Source: Octopus vulgaris (lineage: Eukaryota). From it: a stretch of DNA of 64,000 nt. The notes beneath the pieces were generated by a model. It searched no databases and had not been told where the DNA came from. It worked only from the letters and a program-made list of their open reading frames with translations. This document shows, in pieces, positions 51,996-64,000 of this stretch. The stretch spans positions 48,546,001 to 48,610,000 of the forward strand of contig OX597826.1 in the NCBI GenBank assembly GCA_951406725.2, in the 5' to 3' direction. The translations under genes and the position numbers were made by a program. Each line of letters begins with the position of its first letter. Within the stretch, counting starts at the first letter, position 1.

Positions 51996-52289
51996 ATATA
52001 CATATATATATATATAGATAGATATAGATATACATATATAATTGTTTGTGTGTGTATATATATAATTGTATGTATGCATATATATAGATATGTACGCATG
52101 TATGTATTTATGCATGCATGTATGTGTGAAGAGAGAGAGAGAGAGAGAAACATGTATATATGGATTTTTGTATGTATGTTGTGCGGGTGTATGTGCACAT
52201 GTATATGTATGTATGTGTGTTTAGCTGTGTATGTGTGTGTGTGTGTGTGCATGTATGCATGCGTGTGTGTGTGTGTGTGTGTGTATGTA

Positions 52290-52321
<32 letters not shown>

Positions 52322-52761
52322 TTGGTGTAACATTAGAACTTACTTCCAGATTATTGAACCTTCTTAAAATATATCTGAAATACCAAGTTAGCCTAAAAAT
52401 ACCAAAGTTTACAAGATATATCTAAGATTTTTATCATGATCCTATCAGATTCTTTAAAACAGGACAAGAATTTGCTAGAACAATCTTTTGCTGATGGAAG
52501 ATAAGGAACTACTCTGGTAGGAGGATCTTAGAAATAGTCTATGTTCTCATGTAAGTTATTGTATTGGTAAAGTGAACTTGAAAACATCCCGAGTGTGAGG
52601 CCTTCTTCACTTTGTAACAATAGCAGAAGAATCGACAAGACGATGGTGGCGGTGACAGTGGTGGTGGTGGCTGCGGCGGCGGCGGCAGCGACGACGACTG
52701 CGATAACAAAGACAATGTAAGCCATAAACAATGACGATGATCACGAAATAACATCAACAAC

Positions 52762-53143
52762 AGGCACAAGAGTGGCTGTGTGGTAAGTAGCTTGTTTCCC
52801 AACCACATGGTTCCGGGTTCAGTCCCACTGCGTGGCACCTTGGGCAAGTGTCTTCTACTATAGCCTCGGGCCGACCAAAGACATGTGAGTGGATTTGGTA
52901 GACGAAAACTGAAAGAGGCCCGTCGTGTGTTTGTGTGTGTGTGTGTGTGTGTGTTTGGCCCCCCAACTTCGCTTGACAACCGATGCTGGTGTGTTTACGT
53001 CCCCGTAACTTAGCGGTTCGGCAAAAAGAGACAAGTACTATGCTTACAAAGAATTAAGTCCTGGGGTCGATTTGCTCGACTAAAGGCGGTGCTCCAGCAT
53101 GGCCGCAGTCAAATGACTGAAACAAATGAAAGAGTAAAAGAGT
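52762..53143 (+). mobile_element. SINE family A, full length, CpG-rich (young)
   Basis: Complete forward copy. Confidence 0.85.
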
Positions 53144-54487
53144 GACAGCAATGGCATCAACTACATCGATGACAACGACGGTAACAACAGTGACATCATC
53201 AACAACAGCAACAATATTAACAATATATATGCTAAAAACGTCAACAATAAAACTGGTTTGCTGTGCTTTATCTTGCTTATTTAATTTTGTCTGCTAAAAC
53301 GGCCTTCGTAACCACGCGGTAATGTCGGTGTATGAAAAAAAAATACGAAGTAGTCCTAATGGAAATCCTTTCATCATAGGTTTACTAAATCAGGACTGAC
53401 GTGGCGTTAAACAATACCATCAACTCCATATCGGTTTCACATTTTGGCACAAGGCCAGCAATTTGGGGAAGGAGTAAGTGGGTTACATCGACCTCCGTTG
53501 CTCAACTGGTACTTATTTTATCAACCCACAAAGGACGAACGACGAAGTTGACGTCGGCAAAATTTGAACACAGGGACGAAATGCTGGTAAGTATTTTACC
53601 CGATGTACTGACCTTTGTGACAGCGCACTGACTTGGAATTATTCATCATTTTTATCTGAAGATAAAAAAAACACCAGTGTTTCAGATTGAGTCACAACAA
53701 TCCATCACACTGAACAAGATAGATTTTTGTAATCTCTTAACCTGTCTTCTATTTATTTGGACAATTTGTCTCTGACCAAAAGGAATAAAAAAGAAAATGC
53801 CTTAAGCCCTGTTACAAACAAACAAGGCCCTTTGCTCACTATGCATCTGTGTTTGTTTTGAGGATCTTGCTTTGGAAGAAGAGGAAACTAATGACCTTTG
53901 AAATATTTCGAACACTTTCATGTTGGTTACTGATTTAGTAAGAGTCATGCTAAACAATAAACTGTGCTTTTTTTCTGTTCCAATTCTTTTTTGCACACAT
54001 GCACTCTCAAAGCATGTGCACCTAAACACATGTACACATACATGGATGCACATACACATTTACAAACACGCATTTACATGATTTTATCTGTTTATGCGTA
54101 CGTAGTGGCTTCATGCACGCATAGCGTGGTTTCGATCACTGATCGCCAAATTTCACTTAACAGTTCAACAGCACTTTTCTCATGGTAAAACAATAGTTTT
54201 TCTGTGAGTGACAGCAGATACATTTGCAAGATGCCTTCGCTAAGCAGAATAATGTCTTTACCACTTGACTCTTCTAACCCCTTCCAGGCCACCAAAAGCT
54301 AGAATAAAGATAACAGACCACCAACGAAATCTGTTGTTCTCAACAATATGTTTATCTTTCTGGCTGGTGTTGGATAGTTATAAAAGCAAGAACTCCGTAA
54401 GCCAAAGTCAGTTAGTGAGAATCGAGTCTGACTGACCGGCTGAACAAAATGCCATCTCTAAAGGAAAAGGCACAAAGGGATAACTAT

Positions 54488-54804
54488 TGTAACTCACCAA
54501 CAAAGCAGTTGTTTCGTCCCACCACTCTCACTCTCACAAACTCACTCTATTTCCTCTGTAACGTTGCCATATCTCTCTCTATACTACTGTGAGATCGTGT
54601 ACACACGTACTGACCGAAATTAACTCTTTTTACCTCTCATGTTTTTCCATTTACTAATTATACATACTAACTCATCGTAATTTTGGATATATACAAAGTA
54701 ATAGTAAATAAATATTGCTTTACAGCTTCAATCACTGTTCTTCCATCTCGCATACTGGCAACCAACACCTTAACAACAACCGTTACAAATTGGTGACCCT
54801 TGAC
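54488..54804 (+). mobile_element. LTR retrotransposon LTR end with primer-binding site (Gypsy-like; 5' boundary uncertain)
   Basis: TGTAAC ... GTTACA (54787) termini, AATAAA near 54706, then TGGTGACCCTTGAC (54791), similar to the complement of the tRNA-Trp 3' end; no gag follows. Confidence 0.55.
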
Positions 54805-56362
54805 TGCAACGAAAAGCTAACTGTTACACAAACACCAATATTGAGGTAAATATATTCTAGTCTCATAATGAACGATACTGAGGTAAATATATTCTAGTTT
54901 CCGAATCACTCTGCTGTGATGATTCTAAAATACAAAACGTAAAACACCTAACGGTATATCTTTTTTCTACCCTTCTGAAAAGATTTTGTTTAATAAAATG
55001 ATTTTAATTATTGCTATTTAATCTTTTAAGCTTCATTGTAACAGCTGTAAGGAACTATGTTTGATTTTTGCAGATAATAATTTTTTTATTAAATGCTATA
55101 TCTCCATTTTCTTACTTTCTTTTGAATGATTATAAACCATGATTTATATTTAAAACTATTGTTTTATGAATATTATTATTCCCAACAAATATTTTAGAAG
55201 TTCAGCAGAATTCTTTAAAAGCTCAAATATATCCAGATAAGCAAGTAGAAAATGTTCATGTACATTTTAAAATGAATTCTTATGACTGTAGAATGTTGTT
55301 TTCAGTACAACTTCCCATCAATGCAGCGTGTCTTGTACATGGGCTTGTTGCTAATCTGTACTTTGGCATTGTATTCTAAGCAATTTTCATCAAAGAGACA
55401 GTTACTGAGATATATACAAATACATGTAGAGGATGAACACATTTATGACACCAGAGATTTTTGGCAGTAGAAGAGACAAAGCTTCTTGCAACAAAACAGC
55501 TACTTTCATTGTACTTAACATAAAGACCTTTTTATGCTTATGTTTCCCGTGAAGTGGCATGAGACTAAATTGAGAAGATTCCTAGGTAAGTTAGTCTTTC
55601 CATTAAGGCTAAAGGTTGGATTAAACCACAACATTTTTACGTTTCAAGTTCTATTGCTATTTTTTGGTTTTCATCTTAAATAAACTCACTGTTTTGAATA
55701 GACTCATTGTAGTATGATGTGACAGTGTTAAAGATGGCTTCATCCATTGCTAAAGAAAACATTCGCTTACATATATTCGAAAAAATCTAAAGTAAATTCT
55801 CAGAGTTGTTATCAATGTGAAATAATTCCGTGTAGCCTTCCATAAGGAATTATTCTGCAAGACTCCAAATCTTAAACAACACTTAGAAAATATATTGTAT
55901 TAAGGTCTGTGTCCGGTGTAATTTTTGCAGCCATTCCACAGAAGAACTAAATTAAATATTTCCTATATTTATTCATCATGAACTACATTCAATTACTCTG
56001 AAAAAAGACTTAGACATTCAATAAATAGAGATCAATAAAATGATTACCAGACAGACAATGTACTAGAGCTGACATCAAGTAAAAAGCAAGAGCTGTGCTC
56101 TAGCAGGGTCAAAGGCCAGAGGCTGAAACTAGTAAATGAATGAAAGAATACACGTACAGAGACACACACACATACATGTGTGAGTGTGTGTGTATTTATA
56201 TATAATGCATATTTATAGACACACGTGTGTGAGTAAAATGCGCTTTTACACATACACACACGCGCACACAATATATATATATATATAGATTAAATATATC
56301 AAATACACATACATATATATGTATGTAGTTTGTACGTATGTATGTGTGGATACATATATATG

Positions 56363-56441
<79 letters not shown>

Positions 56442-56675
56442 CAAATTCACAGAAAACAAAAGACGAAGACAGTTGTAGGAACAAGCGGGTGTATTAGTTT
56501 AACACTCGGGAAGAATTGAAGTCTTTTACATATATATACATACATACATACATATATATGTATATGCATATGCAAAGATGTATATATGTATATGCATATA
56601 TGTATATATATAACATAAAAATATAATGCATATCTGTAGGCATATGTGTTCGGGCGCACGCGCATGTGTGGTGTA

Positions 56676-56912
56676 CACATGTGACTCAGTGGTTAGGGTG
56701 TTGCACTCAAGATCATAAGAATGTGCCTTCGATTCCTGGATCGGGTGATGTATTGTATTCTTGAGCAAAACACTTCATTACTCGTTACTGCATGCCATTC
56801 AGCTTGCAAAATTGAGTAATCCTGCGAGGTACCAGCATCACGTTCAGAGAGTGGGGTGTATACGCCACAGAATCTGGAAAACCAGCTTTATGACCCAGGA
56901 GGGACCTTTGAA
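56676..56912 (+). mobile_element. SINE family D
   Basis: tgactcagtggttaggg..ttcgattcc..ttgagcaaaacacttca. Confidence 0.7.
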
Positions 56913-56926
56913 CTTTTTCTCTCTCA

Positions 56927-56973
<47 letters not shown>

Positions 56974-57027
56974 CCAACACTAGACACTAGACACGTAGAA
57001 TAATGGAATAGATTGCCACACGCTTTC

Positions 57028-57067
<40 letters not shown>

Positions 57068-57396
57068 TATGGTATATATTTTCAGTATCAATTATTTATA
57101 CAAATGAATAGTTTATATTTTTAGCACATAACCAGACACTTACAATTATCAATATCCAAATTTTTCATTCCATGTATGCTTTAGACTAGTTACATATATT
57201 TAAATCTAAATTTATGGCCATGTATGTGTGGTTTTAAACTATTAATTTATAACGTCTACACACAGTCATATAAACATACGCACACTGGAATATATTTAGA
57301 TGTATAAACAAGTATTTGTGTATATAGCTGTCTCTACTCAAAAATACACTCACAGACACACACTAACACACACACACACATACACACACATATACG

Positions 57397-57428
<32 letters not shown>

Positions 57429-57568
57429 TGTATGTATGAAAACATGTTGATATACATATATAATGGCATGGTTAAGAAGGTCGCTTTGCAATCTCGGGAA
57501 TTTGGGTTCACAGCACATTGGGCAGATATCTGGTATGACTGATATCTTGTGATATCACAAGATATGTT

Positions 57569-57712
57569 CATTATTTACATTATTTACATTCGACGGATGT
57601 TTGTCTTCATCTTGTTTGTTGTTAACACAACATTTTGGCTGATATACCCTCCAGCCTTCTTCAGGTGTCTTGGGGAAATTTTTCGATGTTATTATTATTA
57701 CTACTATTATTA

Positions 57713-57761
<49 letters not shown>

Positions 57762-58173
57762 CATTATAGTTAGTGTTCAGGTCACTGCTTGCAATCGAAC
57801 TCGTAATCTTGGGGTTAGTAGCCTGCGCTCTTAACCACTAAGCAGACCGAGTGCAGATATGAGCAGCATATGGGAAACGGTATTAAGGATGTATAGAAAA
57901 ATATTAGATTTATAAGCCCTAAAATTCACTCTATAATTTCCCACGGGCATATGGCATATGGCGTGGGCTACTAACCCCAAGATTCCGAGTTCAATTCCAA
58001 GCAGTAACCTGAACACTAACAATAATAATAATGGTAATAATAACATCGAAAAATTTTCCCAAGACACCTGAAGAAGGCTGGAGGGTATATCAACTGAAAC
58101 ATTGTTTTAACAACAAACAAGATGAGGACAAATATCTGTCAATTGTAAATAATGTAAATAATGTTTACATAAT
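57569..58173. mobile_element. Family P Penelope-like element, head-to-head inverted pair with tRNA-like heads
   Basis: Minus arm 57569-57840 and plus arm ~57910-58173, both with hammerhead-like motifs; no clear TSD. Confidence 0.75.
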
Positions 58174-58370
58174 AACCAATAATTTCATGGAAATAAATTC
58201 AGTTATTCAACTGTAGTTTGAATGGTAGAGGCAAATGTACCATTTTGTGAGATGAATGTACAATACATGATTCCAGAAGATCACAGTTGATACGAAATAT
58301 AGGGGCTGGAAAATGAAGGTAAGTAATCATTCAGCGACTATGACATTGATTGCTTCCTTTCTATTGCATA

Positions 58371-58527
58371 TTCACCATAACCGAGAACTCTCTTGCGTTG
58401 ACAGAGTTAATTCGTAAATGTGCAATTAAATAATTAACAAAGGATGTATCAAACAAGTCTTCGTACTGAAATTGCCTTAGAGCTCAGTCGGGAGATTTGA
58501 TATGTCGGTACCTTCGTATGGCTTATA
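58371..58527 (+). repeat. 157-bp segment directly duplicated at 58908-59064
   Basis: ttcaccataac...ccttcgtatggcttata occurs twice with ~3 substitutions. Confidence 0.9.
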
Positions 58528-58907
58528 TCTTTATATATAAAAGAGAGGTTGTGTGCTGTCTGTCTCCTACGATTTAGATTCCTAACTACTCCCACATTTT
58601 GCGGTGCAGTTTAACCAAAACCGGGTATCTTATAGTCGGGATTCATATCGAGCCCTTCTGGGTATTAGCACGCGTCTACGATGAGTCTACGATTTAAAAA
58701 AAAATTTACCATCATTTTTTTCCATTTTAATGCATTTTTTCCGCTATTATATAAGGGAAGTAACTCTCTAAAAATGTCTACGATGAGTCAACGATTTAAA
58801 AAAAAAATTACCATCATTTTTTTGCTATTTTTTGGCTATAACTCTCTAAAAATGCTTATATAGTTATTTCCCTTACAAACCCGAGCAATGCCGGGCGATA
58901 CTGCTAG
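58528..58907 (+). mobile_element. Non-autonomous Helitron
   Basis: A|TCTTTATATATAAAAG ... cccgagcaatgccggg hairpin ... CTAG|T. Confidence 0.85.
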
Positions 58908-59064
58908 TTCACCATAACTGAGAACTCTCTTGCGTTGACAGAGTTAATTCGTAAATGTGCAATTAAATAATTAACAAAGGATATACCAAACAAGTCTTCG
59001 TACTGAAATTGCCTTAGAGCTCAGTCGGGAGATTTGATATGTCGGTACCTTCGTATGGCTTATA

Positions 59065-59570
59065 TCTATATATATAAAACTGTAGTTGTGTGAGTGTCTG
59101 TCCCCTTCGATTTAGATTCCTAACTCCTCCCACATTTTGCGGTGCAGTTTAACCAAATTCGGGTATCTTATAGTCGTGATTCATATCGAGCCCGTCTGAC
59201 TATTAGCGCGCGTCAACGATGAGTCTACGATTTTAAAAATAATTTAACATCATTTTTTATTCCATTTTAATGCATAAAATGCATCGTATGTCGATGGCGG
59301 CGGAGTTGGCGTCCACGCTCACAGCTGCACCTGTTTGCTTCTCCCCCTTCCCTCCCTCGTGAAGCTGTGGGGAAGGGAGTGTAAAGAAATCAACGTCGTA
59401 ATGCGTTGTGAAGGAAACCAGCGTTCTTTTAGAACAACGACTTCATGGCTTGAAGACACCAAAACAAAAATGGCTAAGAAAGCCCGAATTTATAAGGGAA
59501 GTAACTCTCTAAAAATGCTTATATAGTTATTTCCCTTACAAACCCGAGCAACGCCGGGCGATACTGCTAG
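59065..59570 (+). mobile_element. Non-autonomous Helitron (different subfamily, extra GC-rich internal segment ~59280-59490)
   Basis: A|TCTATATATATAAAAC ... cccgagcaacgccggg ... CTAG|T. Confidence 0.85.
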
Positions 59571-59776
59571 TTTAAAATAAAAATAATTACTCTCCATTCA
59601 AATATATCGAGTTCTTTTATTATATGACTGACCTCCTTAGTCTTTGGTTTAAAATTCTCTTACATACGAACACATAATTAATCGTATCTGCATATATGTG
59701 AGCATATACGAATCTGTATGTATGTATGTATGTATGTATGTATGTATGTATGTTAGTATGTATGTATGTATGTATG

Positions 59777-59862
<86 letters not shown>

Positions 59863-59872
59863 CATGCATACA

Positions 59873-60280
59873 CAGGAGTGGCTGTGTTGTAAGTAGCTTG
59901 CTAACCAACCACATGGTTCCGGGTTCAGTCCCACTGCGTGGCATCTTGGGCAAGTGTCATCTGCTATAGCCCCGGGCCGACTAATGCCTTGTGAGTGGAT
60001 TTGGTAGACAGAAACTGAAAGAAGCCTGTCGTATATATGTATATATATATAAGTGTGTGTGTATATGTTTGTGTGTCTGTGTTTGTCCCCCTAGCATTGC
60101 TTGACAACCAATGCTAGTGTGTTTACGTCCCCGTCACTTAGCAGTTCAGCAAAAGAGACCGATAGAATAAGTACTGGGCTTACAAAGAATAAGTCCCGGG
60201 GTCGATTTGCTCGACTAAAGGCGGTACTCCAGCATGGCCGCAGTCAAATGACTGAAACAAGTAAAAGAGTAAAAGAGAGT
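59873..60280 (+). mobile_element. SINE family A, full length
   Basis: Complete forward copy. Confidence 0.85.
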
Positions 60281-60614
60281 ATACACATATAAAGGCATGT
60301 TTGGATTATGCATGTGTGCTACTTAAGACATTTTATGTAGATGTTAGTGATTTTAAGCTACTTAAGCAATGCCAATGACTTATTTAAAGAATTAACTAAG
60401 TGTTAGAAATAGTTTTAACATGAAAGTTTATACTTTGTAAGCCTACACAAGTAAGTATTTATATGGTAGTTCAGTTAGATATATGTATGTATGTATGTAT
60501 TTATATATATATATATATATATATATACATACATACACATATGCACATAAAAATATAAAATATAGAGAGTGATATATATACACATATACTATACATACAT
60601 GTGTGTGTGTGTAG

Positions 60615-60950
60615 ATGCACATGACTCAGTGGTTAGAGCACCGGGCTCACAATCACGAGGTAGCGAGTTCGATTCCAGCTGTTGTGTTCTTGAGCAAGAC
60701 ACTTAATTTCACATTGCTCCAGTCCACTCAGCTGTAGAAATGAGTTGCAACGTCACTGGTGCCAAGATGTATTGGCCTTTGCCTTTCCCTTGGACAACAT
60801 CAGTGGCGTGGAGAGGAGAGGCTGGTATGCATTGGTGACTGCTGGTCTTCTGTAAACAATCTTACCCACAGTCGTGCCTTGGAGGGAAACTTTCTAGCTG
60901 CAATAATACCATGGTCATTCATGACCGAAGAAGATCTTTACCCTTACCCT
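60615..60950 (+). mobile_element. SINE family D
   Basis: tgactcagtggttagagc..gagttcgattcc..ttgagcaagacact. Confidence 0.75.
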
Positions 60951-61077
60951 TTGATGTATGAGTGCGTGTGTGTGTGTGTGTGTGTTTAGAAATGAAGAAA
61001 AGGTACTCATCAAATGAAGTAGAGTATGTATATTCTATTGGAAGCTGAAGGCATTTGAATCATTATTTTGTGTTTCT

Positions 61078-61290
61078 AAGGTGGCGAGCTGGTAGAATCA
61101 TTAGCATACTAGGCGAAATGCTTTGCGGTACTTTGCCTGCCACTATGTTCTGAGTTCAAATCCCGCCAGGGTTGATTTTGCCTTTCATCCTTTCGGGCTC
61201 GATAAATTAAGTACCAGTTGTATACTAGGGTCGATCTAATTGACTGGCCTCAACCTCCAAATTTCAGGCCTTGTGCCTATAGTTGAAAGG
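61078..61290 (+). mobile_element. SINE family B with 16-bp TSD
   Basis: TSD ATTATTTTGTGTTTCT at 61062-61077 and 61291-61306. Confidence 0.85.
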
Positions 61291-61477
61291 ATTATTTTGT
61301 GTTTCTTGCAGTCGATTATTTAAACGACTGCAGGAGAAAATGCAGCGCGACGATTTATAAGCAAAGATATATGCAATCAACAAAATATTAGTCATTCCTT
61401 AATAACTTAAGAAACTGAGCAGTTCACAAAAATGAGTTTGATAGAATAAATATAAGGCTTAAAATGTTTCCTTGGGT

Positions 61478-61600
61478 CATAAAATCAATGGAACAAGGGT
61501 ATCCAAACAGATGGGACTTGCATATGGTGGCGGACTATTGCTGGAATTTCGCTCATAATCTTCCTGAGATTCAGCTCTAAAGAAAATTATTCATACACAA
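61478..61600 (+). pseudogene. Chapaev3-like (CMC superfamily) transposase C-terminal remnant
   Basis: IKSMEQGYPNRWDLHMVADYCWNFAHNLPE resembles the ME.RYQGRW...MMADYCW motif; family assignment from memory. Confidence 0.45.
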
Positions 61601-62132
61601 ATTCGTGGGAAATCAGACATTGGGAAACAATGATGTAATTTGTCTGTAGAGATTTAAAGCTTTTTACTAGTTTTTCAGTAGAATTTTAAGTAAACATTCT
61701 GGGTTTGAAGAAAAATTAATTTCTATGTATGTGTTTATGTTATGCCTCGTTACTTATAAGCTGTTTTATTGAAAAACAAAATGAAATTCAATGAATCCAG
61801 TATCTTAAAATCTTGAAGGAGTGGTAATAAATGGATGTTGTTTTCTGATTCTGTGTCAAAAACAAAAAAAAAACGTAGTTTAGTACACAATTTTTTTTTT
61901 TTTATATTTGAATACAATCCCTCAAATTTGTGTAATTCCAGTTAGTGTGAGTATCATACAAAAGATCTTATGGCATTTTTCTTATCTATACATTCTGTGT
62001 TCAAATCCTAGTGAATTCTGCTTTGATTTTTCATCTATTCAGATCTCAACAAAATAAAGTACAAGTGAGCCTATAGAAGCAGCAAACCTGGTGGAATCAA
62101 TAGCATGTTGGACAAATTACTTCTGAAGAATC

Positions 62133-62640
62133 TGTGATCAAGTATTTAACGTGGAACGATTGCAGCCAACAGTGAAACATGGCGGCTATCCTGTGATGGT
62201 CTGAGGAGAAATTTGGAGTAATGGTAGATCTGAGCTGGTGGATTGTGAGGGAAACATAAACTCAGATAAATATGTGTCAATATTGCAGAAAGGACTCGTT
62301 CCAATCTTCTCCAGTGGTGAAATGATTAAAGAAGACTCTTTATCTATGGGAGATGTGGCTCTTTGTCACACAGCTAAAATGACCCAAAATTTGTTGGATG
62401 AGAATAGCATTTAAAAGCTTCCATGGCCAAGTCAGTCACCAGATATGAACCTTATTGAACACCTCTGGGACATAATGGACAGGACATAAAAAGAACAGGA
62501 AAGCATCCTCAAAGCCAGATCTTTTCAGAGCTGAAACTTGGCAAGAAATTCTTCAAGAGAATATTCATCATCTGATCAATAGCATGCCTAATAGGGTCCT
62601 TGCATTGATAAATGCAAAGGGCACTGCTACTAAATATCAG
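62133..62640 (+). pseudogene. Tc1-family transposase catalytic-domain remnant
   Basis: LQPTVKHGG..VMV*G..EGNINSDKYVSIL..CHTAK..LPWPSQSPDMNLIEHLWD..LINSMPNRVLALINAKG.ATKY, with stops. Confidence 0.85.
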
Positions 62641-63025
62641 ATATTCACATTATAATAACTAATAATGTATAATTCAGATTTAAATAAATTTTAACAATTA
62701 TAAGTGTGTCTATTTACTTCTGTTATGTGTGCGTGCATGAATGTGTGTGTGTATCTTAACATATACATGTTTATATATTTATACACAAGCAAATATTATG
62801 CATGAATGTATATATATGCATGTATGTATTTATGTATGTATGGATGTATGCATGTATGTATGTATATATGTATTGAAACTGCATTGTGACCCTCATTCAG
62901 CAGCTGATGAAAAAGTATGGTGACATTGTTTATATCTTGTCCTCTATATCTTTATCATGGTTCACAATGTTTCTTTGACAAACATAGATACATGCATACA
63001 CACACATACACACACACATTGTATG

Positions 63026-63079
<54 letters not shown>

Positions 63080-63651
63080 TATATATATATATACATGTCA
63101 TTATTGTTGTTTCATTCATTAACGATTTTATTTTATTTTTATATTATTATTTCTTCTTGTTTTCTTTTGTGTTCTCTTTTATGTGTTTATGTATTTATTT
63201 ATTCATTTGCTTTTGGTTTCTAGCCTTTCTCCTTCAACTGTTGCCGAACTTAATTGCTAAACACTGAGATTAAGAATGGAAGGAAGAGTAAAACAAGAGT
63301 AATAAATGGGGGGAGAGAGAGGGAGACTGGAATGGGGTCTCAAAACTGAGGTATTAAGGATGGGGAAGAAATAAAATTGGTAAGATTTATTCTTGTATGT
63401 CTTGTAGATTTTCTGGTAATGTTTCTGTGTAATTTGACCAGCTGCTGAGACCTAAAGTTCTTTCTTTAATTCTAATCCCTATTTTTGACAACCTCAACAA
63501 TAATTCCATCGACTTGTTTACTTGAAAGGCACTCCGCATTTTATATGTATGTGTGTGTGTCTGAGTGTGTGTGTGTGTATTTATGTATGTATGTACGTAT
63601 GCATGAATATCTGTTTGTGTGTGCACACACATACATATATATTTATACATA

Positions 63652-63705
<54 letters not shown>

Positions 63706-63775
63706 AATACATATATAAATGTGCATATATATATCTTTGTATACATATGTGTATGTGTGTATATATATATATACA

Positions 63776-63827
<52 letters not shown>

Positions 63828-63968
63828 ATATATACATACACATAAATATATGTGCGTCCGTGCATGTGAGTGTGTATGCATGTGTGTGTAAGTGTCTGTT
63901 GGGTGTGCACATGTGTGTTTGTGTGTATTTGTGAGTGTTTGTGTGTGTGTATGTTGAGTATAGTTAAT

Positions 63969-64000
63969 CAGTTCTATATTTAAGAGATGAGGAATTATGT
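63969..64000 (-). mobile_element. Start of another family P element (runs off the window)
   Basis: cagttctatatttaagagatgaggaattatgt matches the termini at 18775, 45050-45079 (reverse) and 49695. Confidence 0.7.

Noticed and set aside
57542-57565. Perfect 24-bp palindrome atatcttgtgatatcacaagatat
   Set aside because: Isolated and adjacent to a family P junction; probably an insertion by-product, with no evidence of function

Overview
AT-rich, repeat-dominated eukaryotic DNA. The SINE families and the extreme (AT)n/(ATAC)n/(AAT)n load look like an Octopus (coleoid cephalopod) genome; this is inferred from pattern recognition, not from a search. I found no intact protein-coding gene, and nearly all ORFs in the supplied track are microsatellite artefacts. 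The window is a layered archive of mobile DNA. It holds at least four SINE families, CR1/L2-group, RTE and R4-type LINE remnants, and a decayed Penelope (RT + GIY-YIG) ORF. DNA elements include three non-autonomous Helitrons, Mutator-, hAT-, piggyBac- and Tigger-type MITEs, and mariner, Tc1 and Chapaev-like transposase relics. There is also an LTR end with a tRNA-Trp-like PBS. Four observations stand out. (1) A short non-coding Penelope-like family (4 copies plus the start of a fifth at the window edge) combines a tRNA-like Pol III head, a minimal type I hammerhead ribozyme motif, inverted copy arrangements and 12-14 bp TSDs; other short PLE-like families here carry different hammerhead motifs. 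(2) A U6 snRNA copy is fused directly to the 3' tail of the local CR1-group LINE. (3) Two different Helitrons each follow the same 157-bp duplicated flank. (4) A ~1-kb modular satellite has grown inside a SINE. Coordinates were read by eye, and the ends of degenerate elements are approximate.
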